From positions 1-48,058 of the forward strand of contig CAYLUE010000005.1 of the NCBI GenBank assembly GCA_964386795.1: a stretch of 48,058 nucleotides of DNA, read 5' to 3'. This DNA is from an uncultured bacterium (GTDB lineage Bacteria > Fidelibacterota > Marinisomatia > Marinisomatales > TCS55). Below the pieces are notes generated by a model. That model searched no databases. It was not told the DNA's origin and saw only the letters and a program-made list of their open reading frames with translations. The position numbers were made by a program, and so were the translations under genes. Of this stretch, positions 37,548 through 46,931 are shown piece after piece. The first letter of the stretch is position 1, and each line of letters opens with the position of its first letter.

Positions 37548-38833
37548 TGTCAAAACAAAAACTAAATTTTGTTAGTCTAGGGTGCGCAAAAGCCTTAGTC
37601 GATTCTGAAAAATTAATCGGTGCCTTAAAAAATACAGATTTTGAAATTACCGATAATCCAGAAGACGCAAGCACAATGGTCATCAATACATGTGGATTTA
37701 TCGATATGGCAAGACAAGAATCTATCGATACCATTCTACAGGCCACCGAACTTAAACAGAACGGTAAGCTAAGCAGGCTTGTTGTGATGGGGTGCCTTTC
37801 TGAGAGATACCCTAAAGAACTATCGGCTGAAATACCAGAGGTGGATTACTTTTTTGGAAGTAATGACCATATTAAGATTATGCAATATTTGACGGGTAAA
37901 GAATTCTCTAAAGATGATCCAATTTTCTTGAGGTCAATTTTGACCCCCCAGCATTATGCATATATCAAAATTGCAGAAGGGTGTGATAATGGGTGTTCAT
38001 TTTGTAGCATTCCAATAATGCGAGGGTTGCAAAAAAGCCGTAGTATTGATTCTATCATGTGGGAAGCTGAAAAACTCTCAGATAAAGGTGTAAAAGAATT
38101 ACTAGTTATAGCCCAGGATACAACTAGTTATGGATGGGATTTAAAACCAAAACAGTACCTAGGTGATTTAGTTGCAGAATTAGATACGTTAGATTTTGAA
38201 TGGATAAGAATTCACTACGCGCACCCTGCGCATCTTTCAAGAAAAATCATTCAATCAATTGCTGATGCAAGCAATGTTTGTAAGTATTTAGATATGCCCA
38301 TACAGCATGCATCTGACCCCATCTTAAAATCAATGCGTAGAGGATTAAACTCTGAAGGAATAAAAAAAAGAATTCAGCTCTTAAGAGATGCAGTCCCCAA
38401 TATAAAAATAAGAACTACTCTTATTGTGGGATACCCCGGGGAATCTAATAGTGATTTCGATAATTTATGCTCTTTTATTAAAGAGGTTCGCTTTGACAGA
38501 TTAGGGGTGTTTACCTATTCTGAAGAGGAAGGGACTTTAGCTGAAACTCTAAAAGATGATATTCCGCAAGAAGTTAAAAATGATCGAAAAGATAAAATTA
38601 TGGATATTCAAGCTGAGATTAGTAATGAAAACAATCAAGAAATGATTGGAAAGACGTTAAAAGTTCTGGTTGATGATGTTGGAGAGATATCATCTGTTGG
38701 TAGAACAGAGTACGATTCACCTGAAGTTGATAATATTGTAAATATTAATGAGCCTTTAGAGATTGGTCAGTTTTATGATATCAAAATTGAATCTGCTAAT
38801 GAATTTGAATTGATTGGAACGATGATTAAATAG
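37547..38833 (+). CDS. rimO: ribosomal protein S12 methylthiotransferase
   Basis: N-terminal UPF0004 cysteines (LGCAK..NTCGF..GCL), the radical-SAM motif CDNGCSFC, and a C-terminal TRAM domain. Length and N-terminus are RimO-like. Confidence 0.88.
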   Translation: MSKQKLNFVSLGCAKALVDSEKLIGALKNTDFEITDNPEDASTMVINTCGFIDMARQESIDTILQATELKQNGKLSRLVVMGCLSERYPKELSAEIPEVDYFFGSNDHIKIMQYLTGKEFSKDDPIFLRSILTPQHYAYIKIAEGCDNGCSFCSIPIMRGLQKSRSIDSIMWEAEKLSDKGVKELLVIAQDTTSYGWDLKPKQYLGDLVAELDTLDFEWIRIHYAHPAHLSRKIIQSIADASNVCKYLDMPIQHASDPILKSMRRGLNSEGIKKRIQLLRDAVPNIKIRTTLIVGYPGESNSDFDNLCSFIKEVRFDRLGVFTYSEEEGTLAETLKDDIPQEVKNDRKDKIMDIQAEISNENNQEMIGKTLKVLVDDVGEISSVGRTEYDSPEVDNIVNINEPLEIGQFYDIKIESANEFELIGTMIK

Positions 38834-38839
38834 TTTTTT

Positions 38840-39325
38840 TTAATTGCTTGAATAATATTTTTTTATTTCATTAGCATATTTTTGTAAATAATCATTTGGT
38901 ATAGGTAATAATAGATTATATTGGGATATTTTCCATTTATTTTGTTCAATCACCAATACACCCGTCCCTCTAAATTCACCATAAGATTTATTTTCAACCA
39001 ATTCATCAAACCACGCGGTTTTAAGGTCTTTTGCAATATAGATATTTCGACTATTTTTTTTATACGTCCAACCTGTACCTGTTTCAAATCGTGATTTTAC
39101 ATAAGTATTAAATTCTTCTATTGTCCATCTTTCATCAATATCAGTTCCAAAAAAAACCGCATTACTAGAAAATAGATTAATATAATTTTCTTGATCAGCC
39201 ATTGAAGCAAAATAGTGCAATGAGTCAAGTGTATTATTTATTTCTTCACGGTGATTGGTTTGGTTACATGCCGTTAGGCTAATTAGCATAAATACAATAA
39301 TTATTCTCATTTTATTTCCTTTCAT
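38840..39325 (-). CDS. SnoaL/NTF2-like fold lipoprotein
   Basis: Lipobox LISLTAC and a NTF2-like core (VFFGTDIDERW...GWTYKK...AWFDE...RGTGVLVIEQNKWKI). Confidence 0.65.
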   Translation of the reverse strand: MKGNKMRIIIVFMLISLTACNQTNHREEINNTLDSLHYFASMADQENYINLFSSNAVFFGTDIDERWTIEEFNTYVKSRFETGTGWTYKKNSRNIYIAKDLKTAWFDELVENKSYGEFRGTGVLVIEQNKWKISQYNLLLPIPNDYLQKYANEIKKYYSSN

Positions 39326-39678
39326 TGAATATATTTATCAGCTCCTAAAAAATGCAACGATACATAAGGTTCATCTCCGATGACCCAGCTATCATGAGGT
39401 TTGGGCGATACGTAGAAAACATCACCGGGTTTTAGAGTTGAGATTGTTTCATCGTTAAAGGCAACTGTAGCAGAACCCGAGACCACCATTCCTAAATGTT
39501 CAATATCGCAGAATGTAGTTCCAACTAACGGATTAGCATCTACGGACCACTTCCAGCCTGGTGCATAGGTTGCTTTTCCAATCGTAAGCTTTTCCATGTG
39601 TACTATTTCAAATTTTCCATTACTAAAATTGATTATTTTATCAGGATTTTCGAATCTTTTAATGATTATATCTTCCAT
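39322..39678 (-). CDS. cupin domain protein
   Basis: 118 aa with a cupin beta-barrel pattern (HLGMVVSGSATVAF..GDVFYVSPKPHDSW). Confidence 0.7.
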   Translation of the reverse strand: MEDIIIKRFENPDKIINFSNGKFEIVHMEKLTIGKATYAPGWKWSVDANPLVGTTFCDIEHLGMVVSGSATVAFNDETISTLKPGDVFYVSPKPHDSWVIGDEPYVSLHFLGADKYIQ

Positions 39679-39761
39679 AGTTTACCCCAATTTATTTTTT
39701 GTATATATTTTTCAATCTCTGCCATTGTTTCGTATTTATTAATTGAGTTAAATTTGCCGAT

Positions 39762-41765
39762 ATGTCAGAGTTTAATCTCAATTCAGATTTCACGCCTAAA
39801 GGGGATCAGCCCGCCGCAATCAATGAGCTAGTATCCAGTTTAGAGCAAGATGTAAAGCATCAAGTATTGTTGGGGATTACTGGCTCAGGTAAAACTTTCA
39901 CAATGGCCAATGTTATCCAAGAACTTCAGCGTCCTGCATTAATTATTTCTCACAATAAAACACTAGCTGCTCAACTCTACGGTGAGTTTAAGCAATTATT
40001 TCCAAATAATGCCGTCGAATATTTTATTAGCTATTATGACTACTACCAGCCGGAAGCCTATCTGCCAGTGACAGATACATTCATTGAGAAAGATATGTCG
40101 GTCAATGAAGAAATTGATATTTTGCGTTTAAAAGCAACCAGCTCATTAATGAGTAGAAAAGATGTAGTGGTCGTTAGTTCAGTATCTTGCATTTACGGGA
40201 TTGGATCCCCTGATGATTATAGAAATAAGGTTATTCATCTCAAGCGAGGAGAAAAGCTTCATCGAAAAACTTTTTTAAAGCAATTGGTAAATATTCATTA
40301 TGCTCGAAACGATACATCCTTTGATCGCAGTTCCTTCAGAGTCAGAGGTGATGTTATTGAAGTTCGTTTAGCTTATGAAGATGTAGGATTGCGTATAGAG
40401 CTATTTGGCTCCACAATCGATCAAATAATGCGGTTTGACCCATTGACTGGTGAAATATTAAAAGAAATGGATTCAGAGTTTATCTATCCAGGTAAACATT
40501 TTGTAACCGATCAAGAAGCTATTAATAAGATAACAACTGAAATTAGACTTGAATTAATTCATAGACTTGAAGAGCTTCGTTCTATGGATAAATTACTAGA
40601 GGCGCAACGCTTAGAGCAGCGAACAAACTTTGACCTTGAAATGATGATGGAGGTTGGGTATTGCTCAGGCATTGAGAATTATTCTAGATATTTTTCAGGC
40701 AGAAAGCCTGGCGAAAGGCCTTATACTTTGATTGATTTTTTCCCCAAGGATTTTATCACAATTATAGATGAATCGCATGTTACTCTACCCCAGATTCAGG
40801 CCATGTACAATGGAGACAGATCTAGAAAAGAAGTGTTAGTTGAGCACGGATTTCGATTGCCAAGCGCTTTAGATAATCGTCCCATGAAAATTGATGAATT
40901 TCATGAGAACCAAAATCAAGTTGTCTACGTCACGGCTACACCATCGCATCGAGAACTTGACATATCAAAAGGGGTTGTGGTAGAGCAGCTTATTCGCCCT
41001 ACGGGTTTGCTTGATCCTACCGTAGAGGTTAGAAAAAGCCATGGACAGATCGATGATTTAATTGGGGAGATTAATAAGCGATCAAGTAGAAACGAAAGAA
41101 CGCTTATTACAACGCTGACTAAGCGCATGGCTGAAGATCTATCTGAATACTTAAGAGGTGTAAATCTTCGGGTAAGATATCTGCACAGCGAAATAAATAC
41201 ATTGGAGCGCGTTCAAATATTGCGCGATCTAAGATTGGGTGAATTCGATGTACTGGTTGGTATTAATTTGTTGCGTGAAGGTCTTGATTTACCTGAGGTT
41301 TCACTTGTCGCAGTTATCGATGCAGATAAAGAAGGTTTTCTAAGATCAAAAAGCTCATTAATGCAAGTGGCCGGTCGCGCTGCCCGCCATGTTAAAGGAC
41401 ATGTAATTTTATATGCTGATCGGATTTCAGATGCTATGGATTATTTAATTAAAGAATCATCTCGGAGAAGAAAAATTCAAGAAGCGTATAATAAAAAAAA
41501 TAAAATCAAACCCGCAACTGTTCAGAAATCTACCGAAGAAATATTAGGCACTACATCTGTTGCTGACTCAAGGGGACAGCTGGATGAGATAAAACTTACA
41601 AATAAGAAAGGTGATGATTTTAGTAGTATGGATAAGAAACTAGCAGTAGAAATGATGCGACAAGAAATGATAGAATCAGCTGAGAATCTTGAATTTGAAA
41701 GGGCTGCTAGGCTAAGAGATGAAATCGATAAGCTCGAAGAAGAGCTATCAAAAATATTTAATTAA
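39762..41765 (+). CDS. uvrB: excinuclease ABC subunit B
   Basis: GDQPAAI, GITGSGKTF, YYDYYQPEAY, DESHVT, and the C-terminal UVR domain LEFERAARLRDEI. Confidence 0.98.
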   Translation: MSEFNLNSDFTPKGDQPAAINELVSSLEQDVKHQVLLGITGSGKTFTMANVIQELQRPALIISHNKTLAAQLYGEFKQLFPNNAVEYFISYYDYYQPEAYLPVTDTFIEKDMSVNEEIDILRLKATSSLMSRKDVVVVSSVSCIYGIGSPDDYRNKVIHLKRGEKLHRKTFLKQLVNIHYARNDTSFDRSSFRVRGDVIEVRLAYEDVGLRIELFGSTIDQIMRFDPLTGEILKEMDSEFIYPGKHFVTDQEAINKITTEIRLELIHRLEELRSMDKLLEAQRLEQRTNFDLEMMMEVGYCSGIENYSRYFSGRKPGERPYTLIDFFPKDFITIIDESHVTLPQIQAMYNGDRSRKEVLVEHGFRLPSALDNRPMKIDEFHENQNQVVYVTATPSHRELDISKGVVVEQLIRPTGLLDPTVEVRKSHGQIDDLIGEINKRSSRNERTLITTLTKRMAEDLSEYLRGVNLRVRYLHSEINTLERVQILRDLRLGEFDVLVGINLLREGLDLPEVSLVAVIDADKEGFLRSKSSLMQVAGRAARHVKGHVILYADRISDAMDYLIKESSRRRKIQEAYNKKNKIKPATVQKSTEEILGTTSVADSRGQLDEIKLTNKKGDDFSSMDKKLAVEMMRQEMIESAENLEFERAARLRDEIDKLEEELSKIFN

Positions 41766-41773
41766 GAGAGCTT

Positions 41774-42970
41774 ATGAATATTGAAAAAATCCAAAAAAAA
41801 TCAGGGATAGTAGGTCGTTCTGATTCCATCAGGCAGGTGCTTGAAATGGTTGCTCAGGTTGCCCCTGTAGATATATCAGTACTGATAACAGGAGAATCAG
41901 GTACAGGTAAAGAAATTTTTGCTAAAGCAATTCATCAAAATAGTAAACGCAGTCATGAATCAATGGTAACTGTAAATTGTGGTGCGATCCCCGAAGGGAT
42001 AATTGAAAGTGAGTTATTTGGGCATAAAAAAGGCGCCTATACTGATGCCAAGGGTGATAGAAAAGGATATTTTGAAACGGCGAACAAAGGAACCATCTTC
42101 CTTGATGAAATTGGTGAGACCCCGCTAGAAACTCAAGTGAAGTTATTACGGGTAATTGAGAGCGGTGAGTTTATGCCGGTTGGTGAATCTAAGATAAAAA
42201 AGACTGATGTAAGAATTATTGCAGCCACAAATAAAGATCTATCCGAACTGGTTTCCAAAGGAAAATTTCGTCAGGATTTATTTTATAGGCTTAACACCGT
42301 TTCAATTAAGCTGCCATCGCTAAACGAACGCGTTGAAGATATCTCACTTTTAGTTGAGCGATTTGCGCTTGAGTTTACTCGAAATAATGATATGGTATAT
42401 CGCGGCTTCGTTCCTGAGGCAATTCGATCCATGAAAAATCATTTATGGAAAGGAAATATCAGGGAATTAAAAAACTTTGTAGAGAGCATCATTGTTCTTG
42501 AAAAAGGCGAGCGAATAACGAGCGAAATGGTTGCAATACAGCTTGGTAATAAGCAAAACGATGCTTCAAAAAACGATGCCTTACCTGTGCTGACCAATCA
42601 ACCCACTGATTCAGCAGAAAGGGAGCTAATTCTTAGACAGCTTTTTCTGCTTCGGCAAGATGTAGAATTTCTAAAACAGCTTGCAACCCCATCGCAATCT
42701 GCGCTTGGCAGTATCAATCCTCCCCTAATTGAAGCAGAGAATGATCCGATGGTATCTAATCTCCATATAGATGAAGATTCAGAATTTTTTATAAAAAATA
42801 GCTCAATTGGCGACATGACGATAGAAGATCTTGAAAAAGAAGCTATTATTAGAACGCTTAAATTCTTTAGTAATAATAGAAGGGCATCTGCCAAGTCATT
42901 AGGCATGAGCGAGCGTACGCTATATAGAAAAATTAATCAATACGGACTAGAGAGGAAGATTAAAAGCTGA
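41774..42970 (+). CDS. sigma-54-dependent Fis-family activator (AAA+ and HTH only, no sensory domain)
   Basis: It starts directly in the AAA+ module: GESGTGKE, ESELFGH, a variant loop GAYTDA (42032-42049), FLDEIGE, R-finger region DLFYRLN, and a C-terminal HTH (LGMSERTLYRKINQYGL). Confidence 0.88.
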   Translation: MNIEKIQKKSGIVGRSDSIRQVLEMVAQVAPVDISVLITGESGTGKEIFAKAIHQNSKRSHESMVTVNCGAIPEGIIESELFGHKKGAYTDAKGDRKGYFETANKGTIFLDEIGETPLETQVKLLRVIESGEFMPVGESKIKKTDVRIIAATNKDLSELVSKGKFRQDLFYRLNTVSIKLPSLNERVEDISLLVERFALEFTRNNDMVYRGFVPEAIRSMKNHLWKGNIRELKNFVESIIVLEKGERITSEMVAIQLGNKQNDASKNDALPVLTNQPTDSAERELILRQLFLLRQDVEFLKQLATPSQSALGSINPPLIEAENDPMVSNLHIDEDSEFFIKNSSIGDMTIEDLEKEAIIRTLKFFSNNRRASAKSLGMSERTLYRKINQYGLERKIKS

Positions 42971-43521
42971 TGCGGTATATTTTCTATTTATTTCAGGGCT
43001 GTTTTCTTAGCTCTTGTATGTATTATTCTTTAGCAGGAAGCATTCCACCGCACATAAATTCAGTAGCAATACCCATTGTAGAAAATCAAACTGCTGAATT
43101 TGGTATGAGTGAATCAGTAACTGAAAATTTATTAGCAAAATTTAATGAGGAAAATATCCTTCGTGTTACTGATGAGGAAAATGCATCATCGATATTGAAT
43201 GGTACAATCACTAGAGTAACCGATGCGCCATATACTTTTACGAAGCAAGAGGCGGTAACTGAATATCGATTTACGATACATATGAAAATTGAATGGTACG
43301 ATATTGTTAATGAAAAAATACTTCTCCAGAAAAGTTTTTCTGGATGGGGAGCCTATGGTTTATCTGGTGATATTAGCTCAGACGGCATAGACAATGATGG
43401 CGATGGGCTGATTGATTCAGAAGATAATGATGAATTTGGTGACCCCAGAGAATTTGCTACTACGGTAGCGGTAAATAAAATAGCAGAAGATGTTTTGAAT
43501 GAAATCATGACATCATGGTAA
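42970..43521 (+). CDS. lptE: LptE-like LPS-assembly lipoprotein with acidic C-terminal extension
   Basis: Lipobox FLSSC, then YSLAGSIPPHINSVAIPIVENQT...L.E.L..KF typical of the LptE family. The start overlaps the upstream stop (TGATG). Confidence 0.65.
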   Translation: MRYIFYLFQGCFLSSCMYYSLAGSIPPHINSVAIPIVENQTAEFGMSESVTENLLAKFNEENILRVTDEENASSILNGTITRVTDAPYTFTKQEAVTEYRFTIHMKIEWYDIVNEKILLQKSFSGWGAYGLSGDISSDGIDNDGDGLIDSEDNDEFGDPREFATTVAVNKIAEDVLNEIMTSW

Positions 43522-43548
43522 TCAATAATTAATCAAAGTAGATGATAA

Positions 43549-44838
43549 ATGAAAACAACAATTTCTGAATTAAAAAAATATGACGGTAAAGAAGTATCAT
43601 TGGATGGCTGGGTGTACAATATACGATCAATTGGCAAGATCTGGTTTTTAATCTTAAGAGATGGTACAGGATTAGTGCAGTGTGTTGTGGTTGATAAAGA
43701 GACCGATAAAACAACATTTGAATTAGAGAATACCTTAACTCAAGAGTCCTCTGTGACTATAGATGGAATTGTTAGGTCCGAACCGCGCTCTGTAGGAGGA
43801 TACGAGTTAGGCGTAACAAACATAACGATACATCAAATTGCTGATGAATATCCTATATCCCATAAAGAACATGGAGCTGATTTTTTAATGAGCAACAGAC
43901 ACCTTTGGCTGCGATCAAAAAATCAAAATGCTATATTAAAAATAAGACACCAAGCTATTAAAGCTACGCGCGATTTTTTTGATAATAATGGTTTTGTTTT
44001 AATGGATTCGCCAATCCTAACAGCAAACTCGGTTGAGGGGACCAGCACTCTTTTCGAATTAGACTATTTTGACCGTTCCGCTTATCTTACTCAAAGTGGA
44101 CAGCTTTATGGAGAGGCGAGCGCAATGGCGTTTGGAAAAATCTATGTTTTTGGGCCAACATTTCGCGCTGAAAAATCAAAAACCAGAAGGCATTTAACAG
44201 AATTCTGGATGGTAGAACCTGAAATGGCGTATTGTGATTTAAATGAGAATATGGATTGGGCAGAAAAGCATGTCAGTTACGTTGTGCAGTGGTGCCTTGA
44301 GCATTGCCAGGAAGAATTAAAAATTCTGGAGCGAGATATTAGCAAATTAGAAAAAACAATTCCCCCATTTCCTCGCATTACTTACGATGAAGCTGTAGAC
44401 ATATTAAAAAAACAAGGCGTTGACTTCAAGTATGGTAGTGATTTTGGTGGGGTGGATGAAACCGTGATTTCTGAAGAATTTGATCGCCCTGTAATGATTC
44501 ATCGCTGGCCATCTGAGATCAAGGCATTTTATATGAAGCGAGATCCTGAAAATGATAAGCTAGCGCTTGGAGTTGATATGATTGCCCCTGAAGGCTTTGG
44601 GGAGATTGTTGGTGGAGGCCAACGAGAAGATGATCATGATACGCTGCTATCAAGAATCAAAGAGCATAAATTACCCGTTGAGCCGTTTCAGTGGTATTTA
44701 GACCTTCGTAAATATGGGTCTGTACCGCATTCTGGTTATGGATTAGGAATTGAGAGAACGGTAGGCTGGATCTGCGGCACCAAGCATGTTAGAGAAACGA
44801 TTCCTTACCCAAGAACGATTTATAGAATAGAGCCTTAA
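43549..44838 (+). CDS. asnS: asparagine--tRNA ligase
   Basis: OB-fold N-terminus, class II motif 2 FRAEKSKTRRHLTEFWMVEPE (Asn-type), and motif 3 GYGLGIERTV. Confidence 0.93.
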   Translation: MKTTISELKKYDGKEVSLDGWVYNIRSIGKIWFLILRDGTGLVQCVVVDKETDKTTFELENTLTQESSVTIDGIVRSEPRSVGGYELGVTNITIHQIADEYPISHKEHGADFLMSNRHLWLRSKNQNAILKIRHQAIKATRDFFDNNGFVLMDSPILTANSVEGTSTLFELDYFDRSAYLTQSGQLYGEASAMAFGKIYVFGPTFRAEKSKTRRHLTEFWMVEPEMAYCDLNENMDWAEKHVSYVVQWCLEHCQEELKILERDISKLEKTIPPFPRITYDEAVDILKKQGVDFKYGSDFGGVDETVISEEFDRPVMIHRWPSEIKAFYMKRDPENDKLALGVDMIAPEGFGEIVGGGQREDDHDTLLSRIKEHKLPVEPFQWYLDLRKYGSVPHSGYGLGIERTVGWICGTKHVRETIPYPRTIYRIEP

Positions 44839-44844
44839 ATACTA

Positions 44845-46464
44845 ATGAAAATTGGCATTTGTCAGATAAACCCTACTGTTGGTGCTATCAATAAAAATAA
44901 ACAACTAATATTAGATTATTATGATAAATCAATTTCCCGAGGTGCTGAATTAGTAGTTTTTCCTGAATTAGTTTTAACAGGATACCCTCCACAAGACCTT
45001 TTGCTTAGAGGCAGTTTTTTAACTCGCACTGCAGCCGCGCTTGATGAAATAGCAAGCCATACCTCAGTTCCAATGATTCTAGGAAGCACATTAGTTGAAA
45101 ATAATGATTTATTTAATTGCTCTTTTATCTGTGAAAATGGCAAAATATTAGGGCATTATAAAAAAATACTTCTTCCGACTTACGATGTTTTTGATGAGGA
45201 TAGGTATTTTAAAAGTGGTGATAAAACTAGCACTTTTGAATTGATGATTTCAGGTGAGTTAAAAAGAGTAGGTTTGCAAATTTGCGAAGACCTTTGGGAT
45301 CAAAATTATTCGATAGATCTTGCCGAGTCGATTAAAGATGCTAATGCCGATATGATCATTAATATTTCAGCATCTCCATTTGGCGATGATAGATTAATTG
45401 AGCGCTCCAATTTGATTCAAGAAAAAGTACAAAAAACCGGACTTCCATTCATCTATTGCAATCTAGTGGGCTCGCAAGATGAGCTGATCTTCGATGGGCA
45501 ATCTTTGGTATACGATCACGATGCAAACCTAATTGCAAAAGGTAAGGCATTTTCTGAAGATCTGTTGATTGTAGATTTTGAAGAAAGCAGTAAAATCGAA
45601 TTGAACGCTATGCAACGAGAAGAATCGCTTTATAGGGCGCTATCTCTTGGAGTAAAAGATTATTTTTCTAAAACTGGACACAGTCAGGCGGTTATAGGCT
45701 TAAGTGGAGGTATAGACTCTTGCTTGACCGCATGCGTTGCGGTAGAGGCTCTTGGTAGGGAAAATGTGCATGGAATTTCAATGCCATCAAAATTTTCTAG
45801 TGATCATAGCATCAGCGATGCTGAAATGCTTGCTAATAATATTGGTATTGATTATCGCGAGATTCCTATCCACACTATTGTTGAATCGTTTGAAGCATTA
45901 CTGGCGCCAGATTTGGATAAAGATAATATTGGAATTGCCGAAGAGAACATCCAATCGAGGATACGGGGAAGCATACTTATGGCTCTGTCAAACAAATATA
46001 ACTGGCTAGTGCTATCAACAGGAAATAAAACGGAACTAGCTATGGGATATTGTACTTTATATGGCGATATGAATGGTGGACTATCGGTTATATCGGATCT
46101 ATCCAAAGAAGATGTTTATAAACTATCAAGATGGATAAATGAAACATCAAAAGAAGCTGTTATTCCTGAAAATTCTATCAATAAAGCACCATCAGCAGAA
46201 CTTAGACCCGATCAAGTAGATCCATTTGATTATGATATAGTAAGTCCTTTAGTTTCTGCGTTGATAGATAACGAAAAATCACCTTCTGAATTGATTGACA
46301 ATGGAACCGATTCTGATTTGGTACAAAATATTTCAAAAAGAATTAGAATGAATGAATATAAAAGAAGACAAGCTGCTCCCGGACTACGCGTTACCTCAAA
46401 GGCTTTTGGTATGGGACGAAGGGTGCCTATCATAAATAAATTTGATGAGCTAAGTAATGATTAA
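44845..46464 (+). CDS. nadE: glutamine-dependent NAD+ synthetase
   Basis: N-terminal CN-hydrolase with an E/K/C triad context (FPELVLTGY, KILLPTYDVFDE, QICEDLW) and a C-terminal PP-loop GLSGGIDS. Confidence 0.93.
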   Translation: MKIGICQINPTVGAINKNKQLILDYYDKSISRGAELVVFPELVLTGYPPQDLLLRGSFLTRTAAALDEIASHTSVPMILGSTLVENNDLFNCSFICENGKILGHYKKILLPTYDVFDEDRYFKSGDKTSTFELMISGELKRVGLQICEDLWDQNYSIDLAESIKDANADMIINISASPFGDDRLIERSNLIQEKVQKTGLPFIYCNLVGSQDELIFDGQSLVYDHDANLIAKGKAFSEDLLIVDFEESSKIELNAMQREESLYRALSLGVKDYFSKTGHSQAVIGLSGGIDSCLTACVAVEALGRENVHGISMPSKFSSDHSISDAEMLANNIGIDYREIPIHTIVESFEALLAPDLDKDNIGIAEENIQSRIRGSILMALSNKYNWLVLSTGNKTELAMGYCTLYGDMNGGLSVISDLSKEDVYKLSRWINETSKEAVIPENSINKAPSAELRPDQVDPFDYDIVSPLVSALIDNEKSPSELIDNGTDSDLVQNISKRIRMNEYKRRQAAPGLRVTSKAFGMGRRVPIINKFDELSND

Positions 46465-46888
46465 AAAGATAATTTTATTATCATTTTGTTTCGCATTGAT
46501 TCTTGGACAAAAAAAGTCTCCAGCTTCCTATTGGGAATCATTAGAAATGAAAGAGAAAGTTGCCTTTATTAATGGTGTTTATGCAACTGGAGCTAAGCTC
46601 AAATATCATCATAAACAAGAGATCAATAAACAGTATAATCAAAACCCGAGCTGGGTCGAGCCTTACTTTGTTGAAAGATTTTATGAAATAATTAATGAGC
46701 ATCGCTCAAAAAAAGCAGGCTACGATGTAAGCGTTATCGCCAAAGCATTGGATGCATTTTATTCTAATTATGATAATATGCAAATTCCCTTACTGGAAGC
46801 GCTAAGAATTGTTTCATTAGCTCAAGATGGTAAAACTGAAAAAGCAGACCTTTATTTAATCAAAGCCCAAAAAAGATATAAATATTAA
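46457..46888 (+). CDS. small secreted protein, unknown family (paralog of 10428-10868)
   Basis: Signal peptide MIKKIILLSFCFALILGQ. The YWESLEMKEKVAF and LDAFYSNYDN..IPLLEAL segments parallel the ORF at 10428. It overlaps the nadE end by 8 nt. Confidence 0.6.
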   Translation: MIKKIILLSFCFALILGQKKSPASYWESLEMKEKVAFINGVYATGAKLKYHHKQEINKQYNQNPSWVEPYFVERFYEIINEHRSKKAGYDVSVIAKALDAFYSNYDNMQIPLLEALRIVSLAQDGKTEKADLYLIKAQKRYKY

Positions 46889-46931
46889 TTCAAAGGCAAT
46901 AATAGTTTAATTCTGTTATTGAAATCATCAT

